Source of the DNA: an uncultured Candidatus Saccharibacteria bacterium
GTDB lineage: Bacteria; Patescibacteriota; Saccharimonadia; Saccharimonadales; EFPC-124
Assembly: GCA_965225085.1 (NCBI GenBank)
Contig: CBDDBE010000001.1
Coordinates: 129,641-193,640, forward strand
DNA length: 64,000 bases
Direction of reading: 5' to 3'
In this document: piece by piece, positions 26,790-35,098 of the stretch
Layout of the letters: each line of letters opens with the position of its first letter
Position numbering within the stretch: the first letter of the stretch is position 1
Notes under the pieces: model-generated
The model's input: only the letters and a program-made list of their open reading frames with translations
Databases searched by the model: none
Told to the model about the DNA's origin: nothing
Program-made: the position numbers and the translations under genes

Positions 26790-27452
26790 TTATTCTGTCG
26801 ACTTGCCGCTAAAACTGCCGTCACTAGCCTGTTTGACGGGGCTGATCTGCTTGCCGCTGAGGGCAACACCGGCCACGGTATTCCCTTTCTCGTCGACGGC
26901 ATAGAGCGTCATGCGCGCATCGCTACTTGGCTTTTCCAGACTGTCACCCGCAGTCACAGTAAGCTTGCGGTCAATCTGATACACATAGCGGACACCCTTG
27001 TAATCCATGGTGATCTGATCGCCCGGGTTCAGTTTGCCCAGATTATAAAATGGCGACTGTGCTCGTGCTGCCATGGGCGTTGGGGCAAAGGTAAATTTGG
27101 GCGCCGCAATAACAACATTGCCGGACTTAGCCGGATCACCCAGGCCGACGCTTCGCTGCCAAGCGCCAGCTTTGAGCGCCTCGCTACCGCCGCCAACCTG
27201 CACCGCCACATCAATATTTATCTGAGGCAAAAAGAGCCGATCACCATATTGGCCTGGCTTGGAATGCTGAATTCGGTCGTCGACTGCAGTCGCCGTAAGG
27301 CTAGTAAATGGAACTGTCACGAGTTGAGGCGCCAAATATACGGCCGCAACGTACAATGCCGCCGCGATAATAATCAACCAGATAATTCCTAGCAGCCACC
27401 GGTTTCGTTTTTTATCAAACCGGACGCCCTCCCGGTAATGAAATCGTACCAT
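26790..27452 (-). CDS. Sortase-fold protein lacking the catalytic triad (pseudo-sortase)
   Basis: 220 aa. N-terminal TM helix. Sortase-like blocks are present but His is lost (GNVVIAAPKF vs GNxxxxGHR), Cys is lost (MTLYAVD vs LTLxTC), and no Arg is seen in ..VAGVALSGK.. . Confidence 0.6.
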   Translation of the reverse strand: MVRFHYREGVRFDKKRNRWLLGIIWLIIIAAALYVAAVYLAPQLVTVPFTSLTATAVDDRIQHSKPGQYGDRLFLPQINIDVAVQVGGGSEALKAGAWQRSVGLGDPAKSGNVVIAAPKFTFAPTPMAARAQSPFYNLGKLNPGDQITMDYKGVRYVYQIDRKLTVTAGDSLEKPSSDARMTLYAVDEKGNTVAGVALSGKQISPVKQASDGSFSGKSTE

Positions 27453-27537
27453 ATGCTTTTTAGTATACCACTAGCGCGATCGATTATGGCTCCATGAATG
27501 TAGTACCATTGAAGATATAGATCAAGGAGGATTTACG

Positions 27538-28485
27538 ATGCGCGCAGCACAAATAAATGCTTTCGGCGACAAGGATGCCTTACAGATTCACCAGGTCCCA
27601 AAACCCGTCGCTGGGCCCGGCCAAGCCTTGGTTGAAGTGCATGCCGCCAGCGTGAATCCATTTGACTGGAAGCTTCGGAGCGGGCAGGTTGGCGATATTA
27701 CCTTCCCGGCTACGCTGGGCGGAGACTTCTCTGGGGTTATCGTCGAAATAGGTGAAGGCGCCACTCAGTTAGCAGTCGGACAGGCAGTATATGGCCAGGC
27801 TGATGCGATGGGTGGCCAAGGGTCATTTGCCGAGTACACACCGGTCAAGGTCAGTTCGATCAGCCCAAAGCCTCAAGGCGTAGACTTCCTGAACGCAGCC
27901 GCGCTCCCGCTTACCGCCGTCAGTGCCTACCAGGCCTTGGTTGACACATTGCATCTGCAATCGGGCCAAAAAATCTTGATCCATGGTGGCGCGGGTGGCA
28001 TTGGTGGCTTTGCTATCCAGCTGGCAAAACATCTGGGTGCACACGTCGTCACGACAGCCGCGCCGCAGGACGTTGACTACGTCCGACAGCTGGGCGCCGA
28101 AGAAGTGATTGACTACACATCCCAAAAGTTCGAGGAACAAATACAGGGGTGTGATGCGGTATTCGATACCATCGGAGGCGACACGTATATCCGTTCGTTT
28201 ACCGTACTAAAATCCGGCGGTCAGATCGTATCGATGCTGGAGCAGCCCAATATCGAGCTCGCAGAAAAGCACCACGTCACAGCGTACAGGCAGCTCACTC
28301 GGGTGACAACCCAGCGGCTTGAGGCCATCACAAAACTCGTTGATAAAGGGGTGCTAAAGATAACTATTGATAAGGTCTACCCCTTTGAACAGGTTGCCGA
28401 GGCCCTGGAGGCTACCCATACCGAACATCATCGAGGTAAAATCTTGCTTGAGATCAAAGTTGGTGCTGCTGGCCCAGGAGGTTAA
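27538..28485 (+). CDS. NADPH:quinone oxidoreductase / zinc-independent MDR-family oxidoreductase
   Basis: 315 aa. ..VHAASVNPFDWK.., Rossmann ..IHGGAGGIGGFAIQLAK.., C-terminus ..GHHRGKILLEI.. typical of zeta-crystallin-like MDRs. Confidence 0.8.
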   Translation: MRAAQINAFGDKDALQIHQVPKPVAGPGQALVEVHAASVNPFDWKLRSGQVGDITFPATLGGDFSGVIVEIGEGATQLAVGQAVYGQADAMGGQGSFAEYTPVKVSSISPKPQGVDFLNAAALPLTAVSAYQALVDTLHLQSGQKILIHGGAGGIGGFAIQLAKHLGAHVVTTAAPQDVDYVRQLGAEEVIDYTSQKFEEQIQGCDAVFDTIGGDTYIRSFTVLKSGGQIVSMLEQPNIELAEKHHVTAYRQLTRVTTQRLEAITKLVDKGVLKITIDKVYPFEQVAEALEATHTEHHRGKILLEIKVGAAGPGG

Positions 28486-28536
28486 TTCCTTGGGCCAGCA
28501 GTTGGCAAGAGGGGCAGAGCGCCTGCCTCATTTCGG

Positions 28537-28956
28537 TCAAGCGAGTAGCGCGTCGGTCAGCCACCTAGCGTAAGAGCCCGCCAGCCCCAAATCGCCATCA
28601 CTCGCATATCCAGCCGGCAAACGATCGAGCGAAGAACCATCGCTCATTTGTTCGTCCTTTGCCCATGGAATAGCAATCGCAACGTGCCCCATCCTTCGCG
28701 CTCCGTCTGCACCTCGATCTCGGCGTTGGAACGCCAGAATCCGATACCACACGTACGCATCCCCGGTTGTTGCTGCGAAACCTTCGCACGCCCGCTCAAA
28801 ACCAGGGAGGGCAGAAGCGACCCGCTCCAGCTCACTTCCGTGTACCCCGATCCGACTGCGGGTGGTGAGCGCCTCGGCCAGCTCATACATGACAGTCGGA
28901 TAAAGCGGAGCACCGTATCCTTCGAGGCTCGCCTCTGGCACTTGCTGCAGGCTCAT
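28537..28956 (-). CDS. GC-rich orphan protein
   Basis: 139 aa. gggag SD 6 nt before the ATG. Hand count 36/60 GC at 28741-28800. No recognisable motif. Confidence 0.5.
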   Translation of the reverse strand: MSLQQVPEASLEGYGAPLYPTVMYELAEALTTRSRIGVHGSELERVASALPGFERACEGFAATTGDAYVWYRILAFQRRDRGADGARRMGHVAIAIPWAKDEQMSDGSSLDRLPAGYASDGDLGLAGSYARWLTDALLA

Positions 28957-29038
28957 CAGAGTCTCCCTTCTGATACCGCAGGCTCTCCGCGGCTAGGCAC
29001 ATCATACTACAGGAACTTGCCAAAACATAACTTTTATG

Positions 29039-29066
29039 TTTACAAGATCATAAAATCTGTTACAAT
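29039..29066 (+). promoter_or_regulatory. Sigma70-type promoter
   Basis: TTTACA (29039-29044), 16-nt spacer, TACAAT (29061-29066). An ATG follows 9 nt later (29076). Confidence 0.5.
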
Positions 29067-29075
29067 ACGTTAGAT

Positions 29076-29189
29076 ATGAAACGATACCAACCCAACCAGC
29101 TTCAAACCATCGCAACCGTCTCTGGCGGCCTTGCTGTGTTTGGCGGCCTCGCCATGAAGTCACATGGGCGTATCGTATGCAAAAGATAA
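29076..29189 (+). CDS. Possible 37-aa small membrane peptide (below ORF-track cutoff)
   Basis: My own translation: MKRYQPNQLQTIATVSGGLAVFGGLAMKSHGRIVCKR*. Framed by a promoter (29039-29066) and a terminator (29219-29245). Confidence 0.3.
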   Translation: MKRYQPNQLQTIATVSGGLAVFGGLAMKSHGRIVCKR

Positions 29190-29218
29190 ACAATATATAA
29201 ACTCTTGTCTGCCGCGAT

Positions 29219-29245
29219 ACGCCTCCGAATCAGGAGGCGTTTTTC
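29219..29245 (+). terminator. Rho-independent terminator
   Basis: acgcctcc / ggaggcgt 8-bp stem, 6-nt loop, then ttttt. Lies upstream of the MFS gene SD, so it must terminate a short upstream transcript. Confidence 0.6.
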
Positions 29246-29307
29246 TGACTCGGAAGTCTATCGGGGCGTATAAGTCCCACCTCATCAACAACAATAAGGA
29301 GGCGCAC

Positions 29308-30468
29308 ATGCGTCACTACAGTCAAAATGCCCGCTGGCTGCTCTGGTTTGCGCCATTCCGCGCCCTGAGCATCAGCGCCGCATACCTGACACCGTTCTTT
29401 CTGGAGCACGGTCTCAGCACATCCCAGATATTTCTGCTGCAATCGATCTTCAGTGCAGCGTATTTGCTGTGGGAAATTCCCAGCGGTATGATTGCCGACC
29501 GGCTGGGTCGGGCGTTTAGCATCAAGCTCAGCGCACCGATCGCCGCCATCGCCATGACGCTATATGGGCTCAGTAGCCAGTTCTGGCAGTTCGTTATCTG
29601 CGAGCTCATCCTGGCGTTGGCGAACGGGCTCATCAGTGGTATCGACACGGCGCTCCTGATCGACTCGCTGAAAGCCGACAACCGCCAGAAGGACTACGTT
29701 CGTGTCCAGCAGCGTATGGATGGACTGGGGTTCGCCGCGACAGCAGCTGCGGTGCCTTTGGCCGTTGCACTGGTGCATTTCTGGGGTGTTAGCTCGACGC
29801 TAATCGCGGACGGTATCGTGACGTGGCTGGGGGTGTACTTTGTGATGAAACTGGTTGAGGCACCACGCGCAAAGCACCAACAATCCCAGCACCAAAATGC
29901 CTGGGCGGCGCTGCGTGAGCTGGCACGCAAGCCACACGTTCGCTGGCTAGTCACGCTGAAGACCACACTCAACACCGCCACCTATCTGGCGTTCTGGCTA
30001 TCGGCGATCTATTACCAGCAGCTGGGCATCCCGGTGGTGCTATTTGGCGCCATCCTGGCCATTCGCAGCTTGTGGAAGGCGTGGCTATCGCATCAATTCC
30101 ACCGCGAGACCCACGTCAAGCGCAACGCCGTCGTATATGCCAGCCTGATCGGTGCGGTGTATATGGCAATGGCAACCGGCCAGCTCTGGCTCGCATGGGT
30201 TGTTCTGGGGCACGACCTGGTACAGGCACTCGGTAGTTCGCCTCTGACAAAACGGCTCAATGCCCACATCGACGAACATCACCGTGCGACCATGAACAGT
30301 GCGACCAACCTGGTTCAACGCCTGGGCTACACTGTTACTGGACCACTAGTCGGTTACATGGTCGACCACGCCGGGCTAAGCTTCACGTTCGTTGGCATTG
30401 GGCTAAGTAGCAGCGCTATTGCGCTCGTGGCTGTCTGGCGGCTCATCCGCGGGCGAGCCTTGGGCTAA
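29308..30468 (+). CDS. MFS transporter
   Basis: ATG 29308 preceded by aaggagg. About 12 TM helices. MFS loop motif ..GMIADRLGRAFS.. . Confidence 0.8.
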   Translation: MRHYSQNARWLLWFAPFRALSISAAYLTPFFLEHGLSTSQIFLLQSIFSAAYLLWEIPSGMIADRLGRAFSIKLSAPIAAIAMTLYGLSSQFWQFVICELILALANGLISGIDTALLIDSLKADNRQKDYVRVQQRMDGLGFAATAAAVPLAVALVHFWGVSSTLIADGIVTWLGVYFVMKLVEAPRAKHQQSQHQNAWAALRELARKPHVRWLVTLKTTLNTATYLAFWLSAIYYQQLGIPVVLFGAILAIRSLWKAWLSHQFHRETHVKRNAVVYASLIGAVYMAMATGQLWLAWVVLGHDLVQALGSSPLTKRLNAHIDEHHRATMNSATNLVQRLGYTVTGPLVGYMVDHAGLSFTFVGIGLSSSAIALVAVWRLIRGRALG

Positions 30469-30524
30469 ATCGCTATTTACCTTCCTGGCGTGTGGTGGTA
30501 GAATAAATCGTCGACAATTCCGCT

Positions 30525-30806
30525 ATGCACATCGTCCATGCCAAGGAGCGCATGATGACCAGCGTGACGTACGAAGCGACCCTCTACAAAATGATGCCAG
30601 CCATCAGGGTCACCGGGCTTTCCGGTTCGCCGGGTGTGGCAAGGGTCGTCAACAGCACCGTGAGGGCCACCGGCAAAGTCAAAGTGATCGCATACGACGA
30701 CAGCCAGGCCACAATCTTGGTGCTGGCCCCGCATACTGAGCCCGCACAGGTCCGCCAGATAGTGCACCAGGCCCTGGTCATGTGCGACCGCAACGGAACC
30801 GCCTAG
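30525..30806 (+). CDS. GC-rich orphan protein
   Basis: 93-aa ORF (alternative start ATG 30552 after aaggagc). Hand count 40/60 GC at 30601-30660. Weak hairpin plus T-run downstream (~30852-30880). Confidence 0.5.
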   Translation: MHIVHAKERMMTSVTYEATLYKMMPAIRVTGLSGSPGVARVVNSTVRATGKVKVIAYDDSQATILVLAPHTEPAQVRQIVHQALVMCDRNGTA

Positions 30807-30945
30807 CTTCACCCCGTCCTGGGAAGCCCACGAAGGTATTCTTGCCTTTCGCGCGGCTCCCAGAACGGGGAGCTTTTTATTTTACTAAGTTTTAATATTG
30901 TAAATATTCTATAACCTGTCAAGATAATTAAGTCCGTCCTTACCC

Positions 30946-31134
30946 ATGGAGGTACAAATGAACACCGGCCAGCAGTTGCCCGAGGACCGCACCGTGACCC
31001 TCGTGATCGTCTACGCCGAAAGGGAGACCGTCAGGATCCCAATGGTTCGCGGCCTAGCAGTTCAGGCGGTAAAAGAGCCGCCTACATCGAGGAGTAATCT
31101 GGGTCGCCAACACGACAAGGGCGCGGTCACATGA
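30946..31134 (+). CDS. Small GC-rich orphan protein
   Basis: 62-aa ORF after an AT-rich promoter-like stretch. Followed by hairpin gcgcggtc-acat-gaccgcgc (31121-31140). Confidence 0.4.
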   Translation: MEVQMNTGQQLPEDRTVTLVIVYAERETVRIPMVRGLAVQAVKEPPTSRSNLGRQHDKGAVT

Positions 31135-31179
31135 CCGCGCCCTATTTCATTTACCTAGCAAAAACAACTTATAAATTCA

Positions 31180-31257
31180 TGGGGCGAATGATGGGGCTTG
31201 AACCCACGGCCTCCGGAGCCACAATCCAGCGCTCTAACCAACTGAGCTACATCCGCC
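31180..31257 (-). tRNA. tRNA-His (anticodon GTG) with encoded G-1
   Basis: 78 nt on the reverse complement: extra 5' G, acceptor gcggatg/cattcgc, anticodon stem ctgga/tccgg, loop ttGTGgc, discriminator C, CCA encoded. Confidence 0.9.
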
Positions 31258-31363
31258 ACGGTCTGATACGAAACCTATTTTACCAGATAAGCAAACCTTT
31301 TGACAGGGTATTTTCACCGTCCTCGCCAACCCGCACGCGCAGGCCGGCAAGGACGGATGACAG

Positions 31364-31642
31364 CTACGACTCCGCGTCCTGGTTGTCACCGTTGGACAGC
31401 ACCGCCGTAGCACCGATCAACTGGGCATAACGGTCGAACGCCTCGTCGCACTTCTCCTTACCGTCTATAAACTGGCCGAAGCCGGCACCGAGATTCAGCG
31501 CCAGTTCGTCGGAGTCGTTGTTCCTGAGCGTACCCAGAAACTCCTCCACATCCTGTGGATCAGCCTCTGGAGCAAGCTCCATCAGAACCTGCTTCACAGC
31601 CCGAATGATCTCCTCGTCCGAAGGCAATCGCTCATCTGTCAT
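31364..31642 (-). CDS. Acidic orphan protein
   Basis: 92 aa, Asp/Glu-rich. TATAAT lies 7 nt upstream of the ATG on the minus strand. Hand count 35/60 GC at 31441-31500. Confidence 0.5.
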   Translation of the reverse strand: MTDERLPSDEEIIRAVKQVLMELAPEADPQDVEEFLGTLRNNDSDELALNLGAGFGQFIDGKEKCDEAFDRYAQLIGATAVLSNGDNQDAES

Positions 31643-31669
31643 AAATACTATTATACAATATACAAATTA

Positions 31670-32395
31670 TTACACAAATCTCGTCACGACAAACATGAAG
31701 AGCACGCCCAGAACGGTCAGCAGCATCGTCACCTTGGACGGATGTTTGCTGTGGGCCTCGGGCAAGATATCACTAGCGCCAATGTACAGCAGGAACCCGG
31801 TAAAAAATCCTAGATACAGCACTAGCGTGGAATCGCCAAGCGTAAAGAATAGCGTCGAGGCCACACCGAGCACTGGGGCCAATGCGTCCATCGCCAACAG
31901 AATAACACTCCGACGCGGCGTGTTGTGATTGCCCAGCATCAAACTGACCGTGTTGAGGCCATCGGCAAAATCATGCGCAATCACCGCTAACGCCACCGCA
32001 ATACCAACCGCCTCGCCGGCCTGAAAGCCCAACCCGATCCCCACACCATCCAGAAAGCTGTGTCCCACCAACGCCAGTGCCGACGCGAGCCCGACTTGCG
32101 GGATCTTTTGGTCGGTGTACTCGGCATCGTGGGCGTGGTGCATGGCAATCGTCTTCTCGACAATATGAAACAGCAGAAACCCGACCATCATCGCCACCAT
32201 TGGCAGGGTTGAATCCAATCGCTGCTGTGCCACAATCCTAAAAATCTCTGGCAACAGGTCGAAGGCGACCACGCCCATAATGACCCCCGCAGTGTAGCCA
32301 AGTATGCGATGCAAGCGGTCGCGGTTTCGAAGCGCCGTGATGCCGCCAAGTAATGTTGATGTAAATGTCGCCAGAGCAAGGGCAATGGGAAGCAC
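31670..32395 (-). CDS. zupT: ZIP-family divalent metal (zinc) transporter
   Basis: 241 aa, 8 TM helices. ..HSFLDGVGIGLGF.. and ..AVIAHDFADGL.. metal-site motifs. Confidence 0.8.
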   Translation of the reverse strand: MLPIALALATFTSTLLGGITALRNRDRLHRILGYTAGVIMGVVAFDLLPEIFRIVAQQRLDSTLPMVAMMVGFLLFHIVEKTIAMHHAHDAEYTDQKIPQVGLASALALVGHSFLDGVGIGLGFQAGEAVGIAVALAVIAHDFADGLNTVSLMLGNHNTPRRSVILLAMDALAPVLGVASTLFFTLGDSTLVLYLGFFTGFLLYIGASDILPEAHSKHPSKVTMLLTVLGVLFMFVVTRFV

Positions 32396-32556
32396 TGTTT
32401 TGATCTCCTCGTTTTTGTCTATTGTGCGGCGTCAGATATGTTTTTGCAAATTTGTCGCAAAACGTATTAGTTCTGCAACACTCACATCTAAATCAGGAGC
32501 TCACGCATTGCCTCAAGGTACTATCGGTTATACTATAATTAAAGCCACATTCCAAA

Positions 32557-33882
32557 ATGAAAAAACTAAACTTCCCTAAAATACGAAATATACTTGCCTG
32601 GCTGCGGATAACGAAAAAATGGCGGCGAGTCCTGATCAGCCTGGGATTTGCCGGTCTGCTTCTGGTGGCACTCTTTGGGTTGCATCTGTACCAAAATCAC
32701 CAGGCCGAGACTGCGTTGCACGCAGCCACATCCCTCGACGACCAAGGCAAATACGGCGACGCCAAAAAAACACTCGATTCAGTCAACAAAACGCTCGTCA
32801 GCGCCACGGTCACCCATCAAATTGCTTCTGAGATGGATCGCAACCAGAAACTAACCGACACACAGCGCAAGTTAGACGAGGCCAAACGCCTCCTGCAGCA
32901 GAACAAGCCAGGCGAGGCTCAAAAGATCCTGCAAGATCTGCAGGCCAGCTTGCCAAGTGGCAATAACCAGTCCAGCAGTAGCCAAATTGCGGCACTACAG
33001 CACAGCGCCACCCAAGGCACCAGCAGTTCGTCCAAGAGCCAAAATGCTTCGTCTGGCTCTGGCGGGCAATCCAGCGGAGGAGGCTCGTCATCCGGCTCAG
33101 GTGGAGGAGGTGGCTCCGGCGGAAGCAGTTCTGGGGGCGGCACTGCCCCACCACCGCCCGGTCCGCTGACCAGCATAAGTGTCGCATCGTTTACCGCTTC
33201 GAGCAGCTCCGCCACGGCGTCCACCTGCAACATTACCGACTCCCTCACCTTTAGCGTCAACGGTAGCGGTACTGTCAGTACTACCTGGTCGCTGTTTAGC
33301 ACCAAAACATCAAGCCAAACCAACAACCCGACCAACTTCACGTTCTCTGCCGCCGGCAACCAAAGTGACAGCTTCAACTTCAGCGGAACTCAAGGCCTCG
33401 AAGCGGGCGACAGCTACCGAGTAAGCGCTACTATCACGTCCACGTCCAACCCCGCCATCACCACGACCGCCGGCCCTATCACCATCTCGAGCTGCGCCGC
33501 TCCGCCCGCCCTGGCAGCAGAACAAATGCCAGCCTACATGACGTCGATAACCCCCGGCACGCCCACACTTTACCAGGCTCACGACGGCGTGTTCCCAAAT
33601 GAATGCTCCGTCCAGGTGACAACGCCCTATAGTGTCAACTCGAGCGGTACGGTGGAGGCCATCGTGATGGTGACCAGCGGCTCGTCAATTGGCTACACGT
33701 ACTACGACAAGAACGGCGCAACAGCCTTCTCGGGGTCGGGAAGCACCAGCGATACGTCTTATTTCCGCCTGCCCCACTTACCGGGTGGTGGTCAGTATAC
33801 TGTCATGGTCAAGCTTGTCGAAGTGAGTTCGCCAGGCTCCGTATACGCCACGACTATTTCGCAGAGTATGGGCTGTTCGTAG
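32557..33882 (+). CDS. Membrane-anchored surface protein with Gly/Ser linker and beta-rich C-terminal domains
   Basis: 441 aa. N-terminal TM (VLISLGFAGLLLVALFGL), helical segment, low-complexity SSGSGGQSSGGGSSSGSGGGGGSGGSSSGGG.PPPPGP linker, T/S-rich Ig-like region. Hairpin gccccgc-attgca-gcggggc downstream. Confidence 0.6.
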   Translation: MKKLNFPKIRNILAWLRITKKWRRVLISLGFAGLLLVALFGLHLYQNHQAETALHAATSLDDQGKYGDAKKTLDSVNKTLVSATVTHQIASEMDRNQKLTDTQRKLDEAKRLLQQNKPGEAQKILQDLQASLPSGNNQSSSSQIAALQHSATQGTSSSSKSQNASSGSGGQSSGGGSSSGSGGGGGSGGSSSGGGTAPPPPGPLTSISVASFTASSSSATASTCNITDSLTFSVNGSGTVSTTWSLFSTKTSSQTNNPTNFTFSAAGNQSDSFNFSGTQGLEAGDSYRVSATITSTSNPAITTTAGPITISSCAAPPALAAEQMPAYMTSITPGTPTLYQAHDGVFPNECSVQVTTPYSVNSSGTVEAIVMVTSGSSIGYTYYDKNGATAFSGSGSTSDTSYFRLPHLPGGGQYTVMVKLVEVSSPGSVYATTISQSMGCS

Positions 33883-33951
33883 CCGAGCGAGTGGACAAAT
33901 TGAAAACGCCCCGCATTGCAGCGGGGCGCCTACGCAGTTGCGTAGCTCGAT

Positions 33952-34167
33952 CTACTGGGGCGTCTCATCCGAGCGACGGTCGCGGCGCTTGATGCGTCCG
34001 ACCAGCCGGGACGGTGCCATGAGGATGCCCAGGACCACGCTGATGACCATCAGGAAGAGCATGATCGTAACGTAGATGGCCTTGGCCAGCCAGCCCTCGC
34101 CACCGTAGCCGTTCTCGAACAGCGAGCCCACACGATGGCCCAGACCCTGGCCCTTATCGCGCTTCAT
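33952..34167 (-). CDS. Small GC-rich single-TM protein (orphan)
   Basis: 71 aa. Central TM (AIYVTIMLFLMVISVVLGILMA) and basic tail. Upstream minus-strand TTGTAT...tggtATTATAAT promoter and a gtgccc-gca-gggcac 5'-UTR hairpin. Confidence 0.5.
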   Translation of the reverse strand: MKRDKGQGLGHRVGSLFENGYGGEGWLAKAIYVTIMLFLMVISVVLGILMAPSRLVGRIKRRDRRSDETPQ

Positions 34168-34300
34168 GCCATGACTTCCCGGTCAGTTAGGTGCCCTGCG
34201 GGCACTACTCGATCGATACAATATTATAATACCATATTCATAAAATAATACAACTTGGCGCCCCCAGATCGGACTAACTGTCAGAAACGTAGAAGCCTTT

Positions 34301-34915
34301 TTAGCCCTTTACCTGGTACAAAAAATCCTTTGCGTCAAAAGTGCTATCCGTATTCACCACAACAACCTTTTCACCTTTCGACTCCAATAGGCTTCGAAGG
34401 GCCAAGCATGCTTCGATGTATCCTTGCGATTCCTGTACCGTGCGCGGATCAAAGTACGCTAAATTGCCACGCGACTGAAGTCGCTGTTGCAAGACTTTAG
34501 CCTGTCGCAGACTATCGCCACTTTCGTCTACCTGGAAGTAAACATGGACAAGCTGTTTCTCTTGATGCCCAGCTAGCTGACTAAGCTGCGACCACATGCC
34601 TGGAAGCTTTCGCGGATGTTTTTGGTAGCCGTACACGATGGTCTTGTGAAGAGGGTCTGAGTCTATTACGACATCCCCGTGTGCTGCCTCCAAATCACGC
34701 GCCAGTTGATGAGCTCGATCGATCTTTTCATAAAAATGCGCTTGGCTATCCAGCCGAGTTTCGTCAATACCTCGTGCGACAAGGGACTTATGCCATGTTT
34801 GATCGGGCCAACTTGCTACGCCAGTCCCGCTAAGAACACTCCAGCCCATATCCCGAAGGGCTTCCGCTGCCGTGCTCTTGCCAACTCCATCTGGACCAAA
34901 AAAAGATATTATCAT
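34301..34915 (-). CDS. P-loop NTPase, (d)NMP-kinase-like
   Basis: 204 aa. Walker A at the extreme N-terminus (MIISFFGPDGVGKSTAAEAL), as in thymidylate/deoxynucleoside kinase-type proteins. Confidence 0.55.
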   Translation of the reverse strand: MIISFFGPDGVGKSTAAEALRDMGWSVLSGTGVASWPDQTWHKSLVARGIDETRLDSQAHFYEKIDRAHQLARDLEAAHGDVVIDSDPLHKTIVYGYQKHPRKLPGMWSQLSQLAGHQEKQLVHVYFQVDESGDSLRQAKVLQQRLQSRGNLAYFDPRTVQESQGYIEACLALRSLLESKGEKVVVVNTDSTFDAKDFLYQVKG

Positions 34916-34937
34916 TCCTACTACTGATTTTCGTAAA

Positions 34938-35014
34938 ATGGTACCCCGGGTTGGACTCGAACCAACGGCCAGAAGCTTAGAAGTCTTCTGCTCTATCCTG
35001 CTGAGCTACCGGGG
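34938..35014 (-). tRNA. tRNA-Arg (anticodon TCT)
   Basis: 77-nt cloverleaf on the reverse complement: acceptor gccccgg/ccggggt, loop ctTCTaa (4 bp plus an A-G 31:39 mismatch in the stem), T-arm gttgg-ttcgagt-ccaac, CCA encoded. Confidence 0.85.
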
Positions 35015-35042
35015 CGGATACTGTCATTATACAGTGTAGGCG

Positions 35043-35079
35043 ACAGATGGCCCACCCGCATGAGGAGCGGGCCATCTGT
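35043..35079 (-). terminator. Hairpin 3' of CDS 35099..35632
   Basis: Perfect 11-bp stem acagatggccc / gggccatctgt. No clear T-tract. Confidence 0.45.
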
Positions 35080-35098
35080 GTGCGTGGAAGCTCGACCG

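Noticed and set aside
33040-33150. Gly/Ser-coding low-complexity DNA (ggctc/ggagg repeats) considered as a tandem-repeat element
   Set aside because: It is an in-frame flexible linker (SSGSGGQSSGGGSSSGSGGGGGSGGSSSGGG) of the membrane-anchored protein 32557..33882, not an independent repeat locus.
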